In this document: positions 49,158 to 60,490 of the stretch, piece by piece | Layout of the letters: each line of letters opens with the position of its first letter | Numbering within the stretch: the first letter of the stretch is position 1 | Source: Anthoceros angustus | Taxonomy: Eukaryota; Plantae; Anthocerotophyta | Assembly: GCA_010909165.1 (NCBI GenBank) | Contig: VJWM01000025.1 | Span: 1,984,001-2,048,000 of the forward strand | DNA: 64,000 nucleotides | Direction: 5' to 3' | The notes under the pieces: model-generated | Databases searched by the model: none | The model's input: the letters and a program-made list of their open reading frames with translations, nothing else | What the model was told of the DNA's origin: nothing | Position numbers and translations under genes: made by a program

Positions 49158-50519
49158 ATGAGCGCGGAATTGGCCGTTGTGGAGGCTGTGGCAGGCAGCG
49201 AGCCTGCCAGCCTGCTTGATGTTGTCCGGAGAGCTGTGAAGGCGGGTGATGGCGGGTTTGGAGAAGGGTGCCAGGCTGCAGTGCAGTCTGTTGCTTTGAG
49301 TCCTTCGTGGTTTGCTCGAGCTCTTGAGAGGGACGACGGGGCCACGAAGGCAGGCGGGGATGACCTGGTTTTGTGGCGTGACGTGGGGAAGGTGGAGGAG
49401 GCAGGGAGGCTGAGGCGGGAGAGGGAGGAGGCGCTCGTGTCCGAGTTGAGGGTTGGTCTGAGGCAGGGTAATGGCCTGACGGCAGCAAGATTGTTGGTAA
49501 CGTTGAGGACTTTTCTGGAGCTCGTGTTATCGGATGGCAGGGACGAGGAGGGGGAGCACGATGGCACTGCCCCTTTGGGGAGGTCGTTGGAGGAGAATGA
49601 AGCAAGAGTATTAGGTTTGCTGCGGAGAAGCTCAGCTCGGCTAGGGACTACGGTTGTGGAGCTCGTAATGCGGAGTTGCCTGGCTCTGATATACTGGACC
49701 CCCATTCAGGTGTTGCTGGAATGTAATGCGATTTCTGGCCGCCTTTGTGATGAGTTGGTTCAATGTCTCGTGGAAGTGGGAAATGCATCGTTGATGTGCC
49801 TGTGTGTAAGGCATGTGCTAGATCTGCGGCCGCATCATGTGCTGGTGATGTTACAGTATGTTTTGGAGGGTGGATCCAGGAGTGCTTTCCAGGAAGTGGG
49901 GAGGCAGTGGCGTGAGGCAGCAGGAAGTGCCATTGCATTTGCTGCTAAGAAACAAAACCGGGTGGGCAAGGAGTCGGGGTCTCAGGGTAGCACAGAGCAG
50001 CCTCTTGCAGCAATTTCTGTGAGCAGCCGGGAGTCTGAAGCACTTGCTTCTGCCTTAGCTCTGGCAATGGCTGTGGATGGGTTTTCCGCTGCAGAGCTGT
50101 GCCTTCACGAGTTTTTTGCTTCAGAGCAAGACGAGGCTGTATTGGCCTCTGTCATTGGAATGCTGAGTACAGCTGAAGTTTTGAGTGTCTTGAGGTATGT
50201 CACTAAGTGGGTGGATAAGTATCAAGGGCGCCTAGCGCATATGCCATCTCCAAAGGGTACCAAGTTGTGTAGAATACCGAGTTTTGCTCAAATACTGCAG
50301 TGGGCATGTATCATGCTTGACGTGCATTACACTAGGTTTGCCCTAGCATCTGAGTTATCAAATGAGCTCAGATCGCTACAGCTGGCCGTCCGGTCAATGG
50401 TTGCTGTGAGTTCAAGGATATCTCCGTTGGCTGGCGTCGCAGAGCACTTGAGGTCTAGCGAGTTTCTTCCCACCAAGAATCAGTTCGGTGACTACTTTGT
50501 TGAGTACATAGATGTGTAG
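49158..50519 (+). CDS. Intronless 453-aa protein, probable NOL11/Utp8-like (t-UTP) C-terminal-domain protein
   Basis: Clean ORF; C-terminal LRYVTKW...IPSFAQILQWACIMLDVHYTRF...YFVEYIDV resembles the NOL11 C-terminal helical domain. Confidence 0.6.
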   Translation: MSAELAVVEAVAGSEPASLLDVVRRAVKAGDGGFGEGCQAAVQSVALSPSWFARALERDDGATKAGGDDLVLWRDVGKVEEAGRLRREREEALVSELRVGLRQGNGLTAARLLVTLRTFLELVLSDGRDEEGEHDGTAPLGRSLEENEARVLGLLRRSSARLGTTVVELVMRSCLALIYWTPIQVLLECNAISGRLCDELVQCLVEVGNASLMCLCVRHVLDLRPHHVLVMLQYVLEGGSRSAFQEVGRQWREAAGSAIAFAAKKQNRVGKESGSQGSTEQPLAAISVSSRESEALASALALAMAVDGFSAAELCLHEFFASEQDEAVLASVIGMLSTAEVLSVLRYVTKWVDKYQGRLAHMPSPKGTKLCRIPSFAQILQWACIMLDVHYTRFALASELSNELRSLQLAVRSMVAVSSRISPLAGVAEHLRSSEFLPTKNQFGDYFVEYIDV

Positions 50520-51044
50520 CATGTTGCTGACGCACAAGCCTTGGTCTTGGACTTCATCTTGGGAGTACTCCAGGCCCTTCTCTTTTGAGATCTCTGTAGA
50601 CAAGCAGGTTCACTCAGCTTTTGGGGATCGTGAAGTTGGTTATCTATTGCTTGCGAATGATGAAAAGGCCATCTTGGCCACTACAGTGGCCCTGAACTTG
50701 GGGACCCTAGCCAAGAATAGTGTAGGCCCCCCATGGTTAGTGGCTCACTTGGCATTTCACACCAAACCAGTCCACGAAATGGCAGCACTTAAGATCCTGA
50801 GAGCGCCTGCAGAAATATGCTATACGATCAGTTTGCTCACGTCGAGACTGCTGAAAACTTGCTTCATCCGTCAGCTCATCTCATAGCTGGCAGCTACCGA
50901 GGTCTGACACGCCGTCCACAAACTTCAAGGCCACGAGTCTTCAACAAATCATGATCTCATGATCCGTTGCATTAAATAGATGAAATTCCGCTGTTAGTAT
51001 GCGTCTAATTATTCAGAAATAAAAATTACTTCTGTACACACAAT

Positions 51045-51477
51045 GTTAAAGCTGCTCACAGTTCAACGGTATTATTACTCAGTTACACGCTCACGTTCAC
51101 TTAGTGCCTACCTCGAGACATTCGTATTCGACACACATGCTCTTAGTCAGATGGTGAGTAGCCAGTAACAGAGGCATCGCAAGCATGTGGGCTTGATGAA
51201 TGTACTACCCGTCTATGAGGATTCAATACAAAAGTACATGTGCTCACATGCATATGGGCTATTCTATAGTCAATCTCTCATGCATATGGCCCAGCTTCTC
51301 ACAGCGTCATGGGTTATGCTACAACTACACATAGCAAGAGACCAAGGCAAGCATCAGCGTCCTCTACATCAGCTGGCCCTGCACACACAACTGAGAGCTG
51401 TTGCATGATTGCTGAGGGCCAGACGGCTGAGACAGGGACTGAAGGGACAAGCACTTGGCTTGCTCCTGTATGGATTA
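51045..51477 (+). mobile_element. Second copy of the dispersed repeat at 32448-33728
   Basis: tgttaaagctgctcaca...gagacagggactgaagggacaagcacttggcttgctcctg shared. Confidence 0.75.
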
Positions 51478-53106
51478 CCATGTATAATGAATAGAAAACT
51501 AATATATAGGGGTGACTGAGGCATCTCCTCACACGCCTATGTTATGGCTACTGCCTTGTAACTTGTAAAAGTCCACACTTCCCCTAGTTGGCATACAATA
51601 CTTCCCCTAGTTGGCATACAATGCCCTTGATGCCCGGTCTTCATATGCTTGAACATTCATGGCTTGCCCAAGCCCCAAAAAAGGTGGAAGGAACCCTTGT
51701 CCCAACACCTGGCACACCCTGGTCTGAGGCCTGGATCCTCTTCCCCATGAGGGAATATTACTTACATACATGTAATACACATATATGTGTAGGAGTCAAA
51801 TCGCAAAGGCTAAAACACAAGACTGAACTTCAGCAACAATAAGCAACCAAGGTTCAGACTTCAAACATAGCCCCTACCTATGACAACTACACTAGAAAAA
51901 CCGAATATCATTTATTACTTCTACTGCTGAGAATTCCAGCACTCCACCAACTATTTATAGCAACTCTATTCTATCTTCTTCCACTACTACAATGCAATAG
52001 GGTTTATGACGAGCAAGAAATGACGTCAATGAATTCCCGTCATCGTGATGACATGCTTGTATACAAACGGTCGTGGAATAGTGTTCGGGATGCTTGGAAA
52101 CCGGATGAGTAAATGACGCGCGGTCCCAGCGTCATATTTCGGTGAGTCGCCCGGTCACATGTCAAAATTTATGGGTTCTTTGCCGCCACCTTCCTTATTG
52201 CGGCAAGTCAGCCATTGGAAACACGCACTAGTGGCACTCAGGCCGGGCCTCACTCATGTGTGCACGGACATGCCTAGACCCGCAAGGACGACCGTCAGCC
52301 AAGTAATGTCATTTCCGGCCCAAACGATGCCGCTGGATCTCGGCCAGAGTGGAGCATGCATGAACCCCAACTTGGACGACCGACACATGTCGTGAGGGAC
52401 CCGGCCAGTCGCAAGGAATCGGGTTCACTTGTGGTCCGTGCACTCTAAAGTGTGAGAAACGGTTGGACCATAGATAGTGTCTCGGGTCACGCGGACAGGT
52501 GAAGTGGCAACATTTTATTCCATTTCCTCCTCAACAGGTGCAACACCAACTGAATCTCAAGCACCTACACACACACGGGGTGCATTGCGGCAAAAAAAAG
52601 CCTGAAGCAGAATTGACAAAACGGGAGGCCTTCAAACAGAACAACGCTCACAGGTTGGGCATTAGCCGAACCATCAATCTACGGGCAAAAAGATAATCCG
52701 CTACAGTTCGTTGCTGACAATAAAAAGAAGCAACTGCGCTGGATGTCCGGCGCAATTGTGAGAGAACATTAACCGATAGCCAGATCATGGCCATCTCGAG
52801 AAGAACAAACTACGACTCTAGAAAGAAGTGCTAGACGTCTGGTGCACTGTGAGTACACGACCCTGGGACCTCCATAAAACAGAGGAAGGAATTGGAGCAA
52901 TGCGTCGGATGTTCAACACATTGGCGCGAGTCTGCTGAAGCCTGCGCCGGACGTCCGGCGCCTTTCTGAAGACCCCAATCTTGCGGACGCCCGCGTGATG
53001 GAAGTGGTGGAGTGGATGCGCAGGACGTACGGCGCCTTTTCTGGAGACCCCAATTTTGCGGGTGTCCGCGTGATGGAAGTGGTGGAGTAGATAGATCAAT
53101 AGCATA

Positions 53107-53315
53107 AGAACTCAAGGGTTAAGCACTCCTGGGCCGGAACAATACTAGAATGGGATGCTTGTTTTTGGTGCTTTGAGAACTCCAGGGTTCAGCACTCTTG
53201 GGTTGGATTAGCACTAGGATGGTTTGCTTGTTTTTGATGCTTTGAAAACTTTGTAACAACTCCACTGTTAAGCAACCTAGAGGTAGATCAGTTCCGGGAT
53301 GGACTGTTGATTTTT
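53107..53315 (+). repeat. Three degenerate tandem 5S-rRNA-derived units, each followed by a T-run
   Basis: agaactccagggttcagcactcttgggttggattagcactaggatgg versus plant 5S AGAACTCCGCAGTTAAGCGTGCTTGGGCGAGAGTAGTACTAGGATGG. Confidence 0.6.
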
Positions 53316-55529
53316 AGTGGTATGAAAAATTTGTCAATCATCTCGGTATCTAGGCGTAAAGTCATGAATATTATTTTTGAAAATCATTTGTTGGTTGATG
53401 TTATGTTCCCATATTCACTTTGTATACAATAAAATCTCGTGGCGAAGCTCGGCTATAGTTCGTCTCTGAACACCTAGCTGCGCCACAGCTGTAGTGGGCA
53501 TCACAGTGGGTATAGACTTGTTCTCTTTCAAAGCCTCATTGAAATACTCAGCCATTTGGTCAAAATCCCCAGCTAGGGTGATCACTCTAGCTTTTGATAC
53601 TCGCTGGCTCTCACTAGGGCTCGCAGTGGCTAGGCAGATGCTCTTTCATACTTGTGTTCGACTGCATCCGACAGGCTTTCATTACTCAAGAACAAATAAT
53701 CTATTCTCTTTATTCTCTTGCTTCTGTGCAAAACAGTATGAAACATTGTCATCTTCAAAAGGTTGGCCATTAGAAACCACCATCATACATGTCGAATTTT
53801 GGAAAATGTAGCTCATCTAGAAACCAAGGCCCGTGCATCTATACGTGCATCAAACTCGAATGAGCCGGATATTTGGTGCACCAATCGAAAAGATCCAGCT
53901 GCAAGTCATCGGTAGAGGCACATAGAGTAAGGCCGAAAAGGTTTTAAGAAATGTAAGCTCCGAAGAGTTTGATCAAAAAGGGTTGAGGAGGCCTCACCAT
54001 TCTTTACCTTGCCCAATTTTCGTCCGCGGGGTCCAAAGCTATAGATCTAAGTGTGGCTTATCTCCGACATGGAGGGGGTAGGTAAGACAGGGTATGCCTG
54101 CCGTTTGGGATTGCTCTGAATCACGGGGTTTGAAAAGAGAATTGATGTGAGTGTTGGTGCGGTGGCAAGTGTGCACAGGCAACTTGAACGAAAGTGTTTG
54201 CTTGCACAAGTATTGACGCAACCCTCTCCAAACCCGGTGCACTGCACCTCTTTGGAGTATAAGTGTGCCGGACGTTCGGTGCACTCCAGCTCTTTGGAGC
54301 ATAAGTCATGATCATCCACCACTTGGTACAAAGGTGTGTCCGGCATTTGTGCGGACGATGGGCACATTAGGTCTTCTTTTGGGCTCGGATGCATGGGCTA
54401 TAGGTTCGCAAATCGCTAAAAAAAATAAGTAGTGCATTTCTGGATGGTTGGGGCCAAAATGGGGTTCGGAGACAAACCCTTATGCTGAGACACTGACAAA
54501 TAAGAAACTTCAGCTCCTGTACGGTAGGATGCTTTAGGCCAAAAGCAAGCTTTAACCTGTCTTTGTGCCATCCATACAAACAGAAAAGCAAGCTTTAACC
54601 TGTCTTTGTGCCATCCATACAAACAGAATAGGCAGGGCTTCAGGTTCATTGTTGAAGCTATCATGTGAGAAATCAACTTCCACATCCTCTTCTTCATGGA
54701 TTTAGATGTATGTATCCACATCCTCTTCTTCATGGATTTAGATGTATGTATCGGACACTTAGCCTTCTACCGGCAGGTTCTTATTATCCATGCAGATCTC
54801 CTTCGGTTGCCATGCCTTGTTCTGCACCCTCCTTCCCGTTGGGCCGATTTCGAGGATTCCAGAGTCCCAATGATGGCTGCCATGCACCATTTCCAACCAG
54901 GGCTGCCCGAGGATCAGGTTGTAGCAGGTCCGGGGACTTCAACAACAGTGAACCCAATTCTCATTTTGATCCCGTGCACAACCGCCTTCACGTTCTCGAT
55001 GACTCCAAGAACAGGCAACAGGTTAGGTTATTTGAAGCATCTTTGAAGACTTGAGGGCAGGCAATCTTTTTGGCAGCTCCAAGGCAGATCCAAGGCCAGA
55101 TCCATGCAGATCCAAGGCCAGATCCATGTAGATCCAGGGCCAAAGGTGTTTAACCATCGAATGTTGATCAGGTTGGTGGAGGCCTCACCGTCCACCTGCA
55201 TAACATCCAAGGCTTCGACGTCGTTCACATATGTGGTAACTGACGGCACCGCATGCTTCCTCAGCCACCCAATGGGCTCGGCAACAGATTCCGATCCACC
55301 AGCAACCTTTAGAGTGCTGGCACTTTCTACTTTCGGCCTTTCTTTGGCCCTCTTAGGCTTTGCTTCTCTGGTACTCAAAGCAGATGTCATCTCGCGGCGA
55401 GCAGCTAGCAAAATTCCAAACAACTGGCGGAATATCATCTTTACCTCTCGGTCTGCAACGTCCTCAACAAGTGAGTACCTAGGTGCGTCACGTACAAGAG
55501 CCAATGGCAAGAAGATTAAAAAGGCACCC

Positions 55530-56260
55530 CCGGTTCCACTGCCCGTGTCGGTCTTCTGGGCGTTGACGCTCTCCAGATCCTGGATGTTCTTGTAGAAGTT
55601 TCCAAGAAGGGCCTGGGTGGTTCCAGTGTATGCCACAGTCCTGGTTGCGTCGGCAGCGAAGATGTGTCCCTCCTTGTTTTCTGACCATACGAGGGAGTTG
55701 AAATTCTAGCGTTCAACACATTGGGCATACATGTACTTTTTAAGAGAATACTGTGCATACATGTATGGCTGTGCGCAGGATGCAGGAAGCTTACCAGAGA
55801 ATTACAAGCTGATGAAGTCAGGGTCGGAGTTGGCTGCGTTCATGACGTAGTTGAACTCGTTGATCTCGAAGTCCGGATAGTCCTTGGCCACCAGGATAGC
55901 GTGGCCAGGACTTGGCCGAAGTTGCAAGGCTTGTAGTTGCAGGGATCAGTGCACACCTGCCCGTTGAACTTGTTAGGGCACAGAATCTGATAGTTGGTTG
56001 CGTTCTGCAGGCCGGTCCAGTCGGCCGTGCAGACCTTCCTCCCATGGCATACTGGCCTACTATGGTGTGCTTGGTGAAGGCCATATCGCAGGCGTCCTCT
56101 ACCAAGCCACTGAAAGCCCCCTCGTAGCCGTAGTAGGGGTCAGACTTGGTGCAGGCGGTCTTGATCTTGCAAGCAGAACAGATCTCCTTGTTGGGATCGG
56201 AGTTGGCGGCACAGGATGCCTTGAATAAGGCCCTCACAGACTCGATGTCGTTGGATTGAG
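55530..56260 (-). pseudogene. Transferrin-like gene fragment (C-terminal half of one lobe, 2 exons, frameshifts and a stop)
   Basis: ICSACK...CTKSDPYYGYEGAFSGLVEDACDMAFTKHTIV; NYQILCP...YKPCNFGQV; intron about 55682-55793; HIFAADATRTV...LLGNFYKNI. Confidence 0.8.
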
Positions 56261-56966
56261 GACCCCGGCCACAAAGCCCCGGCCATTAGCGCCTGCCTTA
56301 GGAATACACGTCCATGCCACTACATGTTTCTACCAGCAGTTGCAAGTCCTGAACTCATCTGCTTTTGAATGTGCAAGAGGCATGAAGTCCACCAGGCGGT
56401 TCGGGCGTGTGGGAAGGGCATCGATAGAAACATCCCCCGGCAGTCGGCGCCTTCGGATAACTTTTTGCATATGGATGTTGTAAACTTCCAACACGATGGC
56501 CCTTGGTGGGTCTTTGGCACAGGGCCACAGGCAGATATCCTACACGTCCCTCTGAAGGTCAGATCATCATCGATCACGTGACGTCTTGCCTCGTCTCTAG
56601 ACTTGTACCAAGAGAAACCTGCTTGCAGAAGAATTCGGGCTGCTTCCACCTCACGCATGTTTCCCCAATAATGTCTCCAACAAAAGATTCAATGGCCTGC
56701 GTGGGGAGTGTGTATGAGCTTACATTACACAGCTCCACCTCTCCCAGATAAAGCAAGAAAAGCATTCTAGACATACCCATGTACTGGACTGAGGGACACA
56801 GAGATCGTGCTTGGGATGGGGTCTCCAGGTGACGAGAGGGGCGTGACTGCCGAAGCCGTGAGCAGGCTGTGTGGTAGGAAACATGTGTATGGTGGATGAA
56901 CATTGTAAAGTATGGTTATCAATGTCTAACTCCCGAGTCTGCCCATATACGTAAAGGGGGATTAGA

Positions 56967-59900
56967 CTAGTTAGTTAGATTTTCCCACCGACAAAAAGCT
57001 GCCCTCTTCTTCATTTCAGGAAGAAGCTGTCCCAGCTTTGCATATATGCCATTACTCTCGGGATGCTTTGAATCCCCAGCCACAAAACTGTGCACCAGCC
57101 CGGCCTTGTCTGTCCACCAGCTCCTGCCTGGCTGCTTCCATGTCCCAATCCCCATTCTTCTGGCCTGCATCTTCCTGGCCTGCTCCCACATCTGGGCATC
57201 GGCAAATATGTTTGACATTGATACATATGCTGCCACATCCTTTTCGTCGAGCTTCACTGCTTCATCGAAAGCATGGAGCCCCACCTCCACGTTGCCCCAC
57301 TTGCGACAAGCACCCAACAGAGTGTGCCAAACTGCAGTATCAGGAAGTCCAGGCATAGTCCTCGCCACAGCTAATGCCTCGTCAAGTCGGCCTACACGGC
57401 CCAGGAGATCCACCATGCACGTGTAGTGCTCCGTGGTAGGAGTGATGCCGAAGTCGCTCATAGCCAAAAAATATTCTCGCCCCTTGTTCACTAGACCCAC
57501 GTGACTGCATACTGATAATATACTGATGAACGTGATGCTGTCTGGCTGTATCCCTTCCGCTCTCATTCTGTCAACCAAATCAAACACCACATCACTGTCT
57601 CCTTGTCGGGTGTAACCGGCAATCAGTGCATTCCAGGAGACAGCATCTTTTTTGGGTAATGCATCAAACACCTGCTGGGCGTCCACCAAACTACCGGACT
57701 TAGCATACATGTTCATCAAGCTGATGGCCACAAACACGTCAGCTTGAAGCCCTCGCTCTTTGATCTCTGCATCAAGCTGCCTTCCTACATGCAAAGCTGC
57801 CACATCTGCACATGCCTGGAGGAGGCATGCAAACATAACAGAATCGGGTACAGTGATGCCTTCTTCTTGCATAGCACCATAAAGACGAAGGGCTTCCTGA
57901 CCCATGCCCTGCTGGGAGTAACCTGCTATCAGAGCAGTCCAAGTCACCAGATTTTTCTGATCGAGTTTGTGAAACACAGTGTGAGCTTCTTGCAGGTTGC
58001 CACACTTTGCATACATGTCTACGAGGCTGCTACCAATAACCAAATCAGCCTGCAGTCCTTGTTCACTGATCTGTTCATGAAGCTCCTTCCCTTTCTCCAA
58101 TGCCAGGGGACCCAGACTTGCACATGCTTGCAGGAGGCAAACAAATGTCCCAGAATTCGGTGAAGCAATGCCCTCTTCCTGCATAGCACTATATAGTTGT
58201 AGAGCTTCCTGACCCATGCCCTTCTGAGAGTATCCTGCTATCATGGTATTCCATGTCACCACATCCTTTTGAAGAAGTCTGTCAAACATGCACTGAGCAT
58301 CCTTCAGGCTGCCGCACTTTGCATACATGTGCACCAAACTGTTGGCCACAACCACATCAGCCTCAAGTCCTCGTTCTCCAATCTGTGAATGAAGCTGTTT
58401 TCCCCTATCCAACACCGCGGTTCTCAGACTTGCACATGCCTGCAGGAGGCACACAAATGTCACGGAATTGGGTGCACAGATGGCCTCGTCTTGCATAGTA
58501 CAGTATAGATGAAACGCCTCCTCACCCATGCTCTGCTGGGAATATCCTGCGATCATAGCATTCCATGTCACCACATCCTTTTCACGTAGTCCGTCAAACA
58601 CACTCCGGGCATCCTCTAGGCTGCCACATTTGGCATACATATTTATCAGGCTGCTACCTACAACCCCATCAACCTGAAGTCCTCTTTCTCCAATCTGGGC
58701 ATGGATCTGCTTCCCGGTGTTCAAAGCCGTGGCACCAACATTAGCACATGCCTGCAAAAGGCCCACAAACGTCACAGAATCAGGTGCACCAATGCCTTCT
58801 TCTAGCATAGCACTGAAAAGACGAAGGGCTTCCTGACCCATGCCCTGCCTTGCATATGCTGCTATCAAAGCGGTCCACGTAACAACATGGGTTGGACGGA
58901 GGTCGTAAAAAATTAGCTGAGCATCCTCAAGGCTGCCACATTTTGCATACATGTTTACTAGACCGTTGACTACAACCACATCAGCATCAAGTCCTCGTTC
59001 TCCAATCTGTGCGTGAAGCTGCTTTCCCCTCTCCAAAGCCGGGGCTCCGACAATTGCACATGCCTGCAGGAGGCACACAAAAGTCACAGAATTGGGCGCA
59101 GCAATGCCTTCTTCTTGCATCCTACTGTAAAGCTCAAGGGCTTCCAGGGCCATGCCCTGCTGGGAATACCCTCCAATAAGAGAGGTCCATGTCACCACAT
59201 CTTTCTGACCATGTGCTTCAAACACGGCCTGAGCATCTGCAAGGGATCCACACTTTGCATACATGTTTACCAAGCTGTTGGCTACAGTCCCATTGACATG
59301 AATTCCTCGTTCTACCATCTGTGCGTGAAGCTGCTTCCCCGTCTCCAAAGCTGGGCCGCCCAGACTTGCACACGCCTGCAGAAGGGACACGAATGTCACA
59401 AAATTGGGCCCAGTGATGCCTTCTTCCAGCATGGCAACATAGAGACGAAGAGCCTCTTGACTCATGCCCTGCTGAGAATATCCTGCTATCATAGCATTCC
59501 AGGTTACCACATCCTTTTCAAGAAGCCCGTCAAACACTCTTCGAGCTTCTTGCAAGCTATCACACTTTGCATACATGTCCACCAAGGAGTTGAGAACAAA
59601 CAGCTTAGGCTCAACCCCACTGGCCAACACATCAGCATGCACCTGCTGCCCAGTTTCTAAGTCTGCTGCCCTTCCACAAGCCTGTAGGGCTGCTAAGAAG
59701 ACATGCCCATCGGGCTCCACACTCGACCTGCGCATCTGGTGATACAGTTCTACAGCGTGCTTAGCTTGTCCGTGCTGAACATGGGCAGAAATCATGGAAG
59801 ACCACATGAAGGCATTTGGCTCAGCAACCACGGTGAACACATCCATCGCTTCTTGCAACCTGCCATGAGAAGCATACATTCGCAGAATGTGGTTGCACAG

Positions 59901-60347
59901 GAACGCATCCAACTCATGTCCATTTTCAACGATCAGACCATGAACCCGGCGACCCATAACGAGATCCTTCTTTGCTGCACAACCTTTGAGGACAGCATAG
60001 AGAAGAGATTGAGAAGTACCCCAGTTCATCTGCACCAGAACTCCCAGAGCCTCAACAGCCTTTGTGACCTGCCCTTGCTGACACAGTTCACTCACAGTGT
60101 GAGCCGATACACCCCTTCCATTTTCTACAGGCCGGCATTCTCTACGCCCCATGTGCACATTCACCCAAGCTGGCTTGTCAGCCATGCATTCTCCTGCAGA
60201 CAGGCCAACAGAACTTCTTCTTGGCCGACCCGTGATACCACCAATTTGTCTTTCACCGCTCCAGGAAGGTTGTTGCCACAGGAAGCCATGCCCCCCTCTA
60301 CGTGAATGGCGTGCAGTGTAGCAGGCAACCATCATTTGCACAGGCAT
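56967..60347 (-). CDS. PLS-class PPR protein, E+ type with a WW-type PG box and no complete DYW deaminase domain (organellar RNA-editing factor)
   Basis: About 8 P-L-S triplets (VVTWNAMIAGYSQQG / TFVCLLQACA / SLVDMYAKCGSL), HYTCMVDLLGRVG, E domains, KQPGRSWWTD...HSFVAGD..HP, then stop. Confidence 0.95.
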   Translation of the reverse strand: MPVQMMVACYTARHSRRGGHGFLWQQPSWSGERQIGGITGRPRRSSVGLSAGECMADKPAWVNVHMGRRECRPVENGRGVSAHTVSELCQQGQVTKAVEALGVLVQMNWGTSQSLLYAVLKGCAAKKDLVMGRRVHGLIVENGHELDAFLCNHILRMYASHGRLQEAMDVFTVVAEPNAFMWSSMISAHVQHGQAKHAVELYHQMRRSSVEPDGHVFLAALQACGRAADLETGQQVHADVLASGVEPKLFVLNSLVDMYAKCDSLQEARRVFDGLLEKDVVTWNAMIAGYSQQGMSQEALRLYVAMLEEGITGPNFVTFVSLLQACASLGGPALETGKQLHAQMVERGIHVNGTVANSLVNMYAKCGSLADAQAVFEAHGQKDVVTWTSLIGGYSQQGMALEALELYSRMQEEGIAAPNSVTFVCLLQACAIVGAPALERGKQLHAQIGERGLDADVVVVNGLVNMYAKCGSLEDAQLIFYDLRPTHVVTWTALIAAYARQGMGQEALRLFSAMLEEGIGAPDSVTFVGLLQACANVGATALNTGKQIHAQIGERGLQVDGVVGSSLINMYAKCGSLEDARSVFDGLREKDVVTWNAMIAGYSQQSMGEEAFHLYCTMQDEAICAPNSVTFVCLLQACASLRTAVLDRGKQLHSQIGERGLEADVVVANSLVHMYAKCGSLKDAQCMFDRLLQKDVVTWNTMIAGYSQKGMGQEALQLYSAMQEEGIASPNSGTFVCLLQACASLGPLALEKGKELHEQISEQGLQADLVIGSSLVDMYAKCGNLQEAHTVFHKLDQKNLVTWTALIAGYSQQGMGQEALRLYGAMQEEGITVPDSVMFACLLQACADVAALHVGRQLDAEIKERGLQADVFVAISLMNMYAKSGSLVDAQQVFDALPKKDAVSWNALIAGYTRQGDSDVVFDLVDRMRAEGIQPDSITFISILSVCSHVGLVNKGREYFLAMSDFGITPTTEHYTCMVDLLGRVGRLDEALAVARTMPGLPDTAVWHTLLGACRKWGNVEVGLHAFDEAVKLDEKDVAAYVSMSNIFADAQMWEQARKMQARRMGIGTWKQPGRSWWTDKAGLVHSFVAGDSKHPESNGIYAKLGQLLPEMKKRAAFCRWENLTN

Positions 60348-60490
60348 ACATTGCACCTCACCTGCACCCAGAATTTAGCTCCAGTTGGCCAGGTGGGCTT
60401 GTTCCGCAACTGGTAAAACCCATATACGGATGCCATTGAGCAAGATCTGTCAATCTAGACACCGAGTCTTGCCGGTGAGAGATGAGATTT

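Noticed and set aside
53107-53315. Functional 5S rRNA gene
   Set aside because: Only about 47 nt of the internal region per unit, heavily diverged, with the 5' and 3' stems missing
56320-56960. Detached DYW deaminase domain downstream of the PPR stop
   Set aside because: No HSE/HxE or CxxC motifs found in the translated frames
57038-60305. Plus-strand ORFs over the PPR gene, and similar antisense ORFs over the NOL11-like, HCF136 and RRP7 genes
   Set aside because: Antisense shadows of real GC-rich coding sequence
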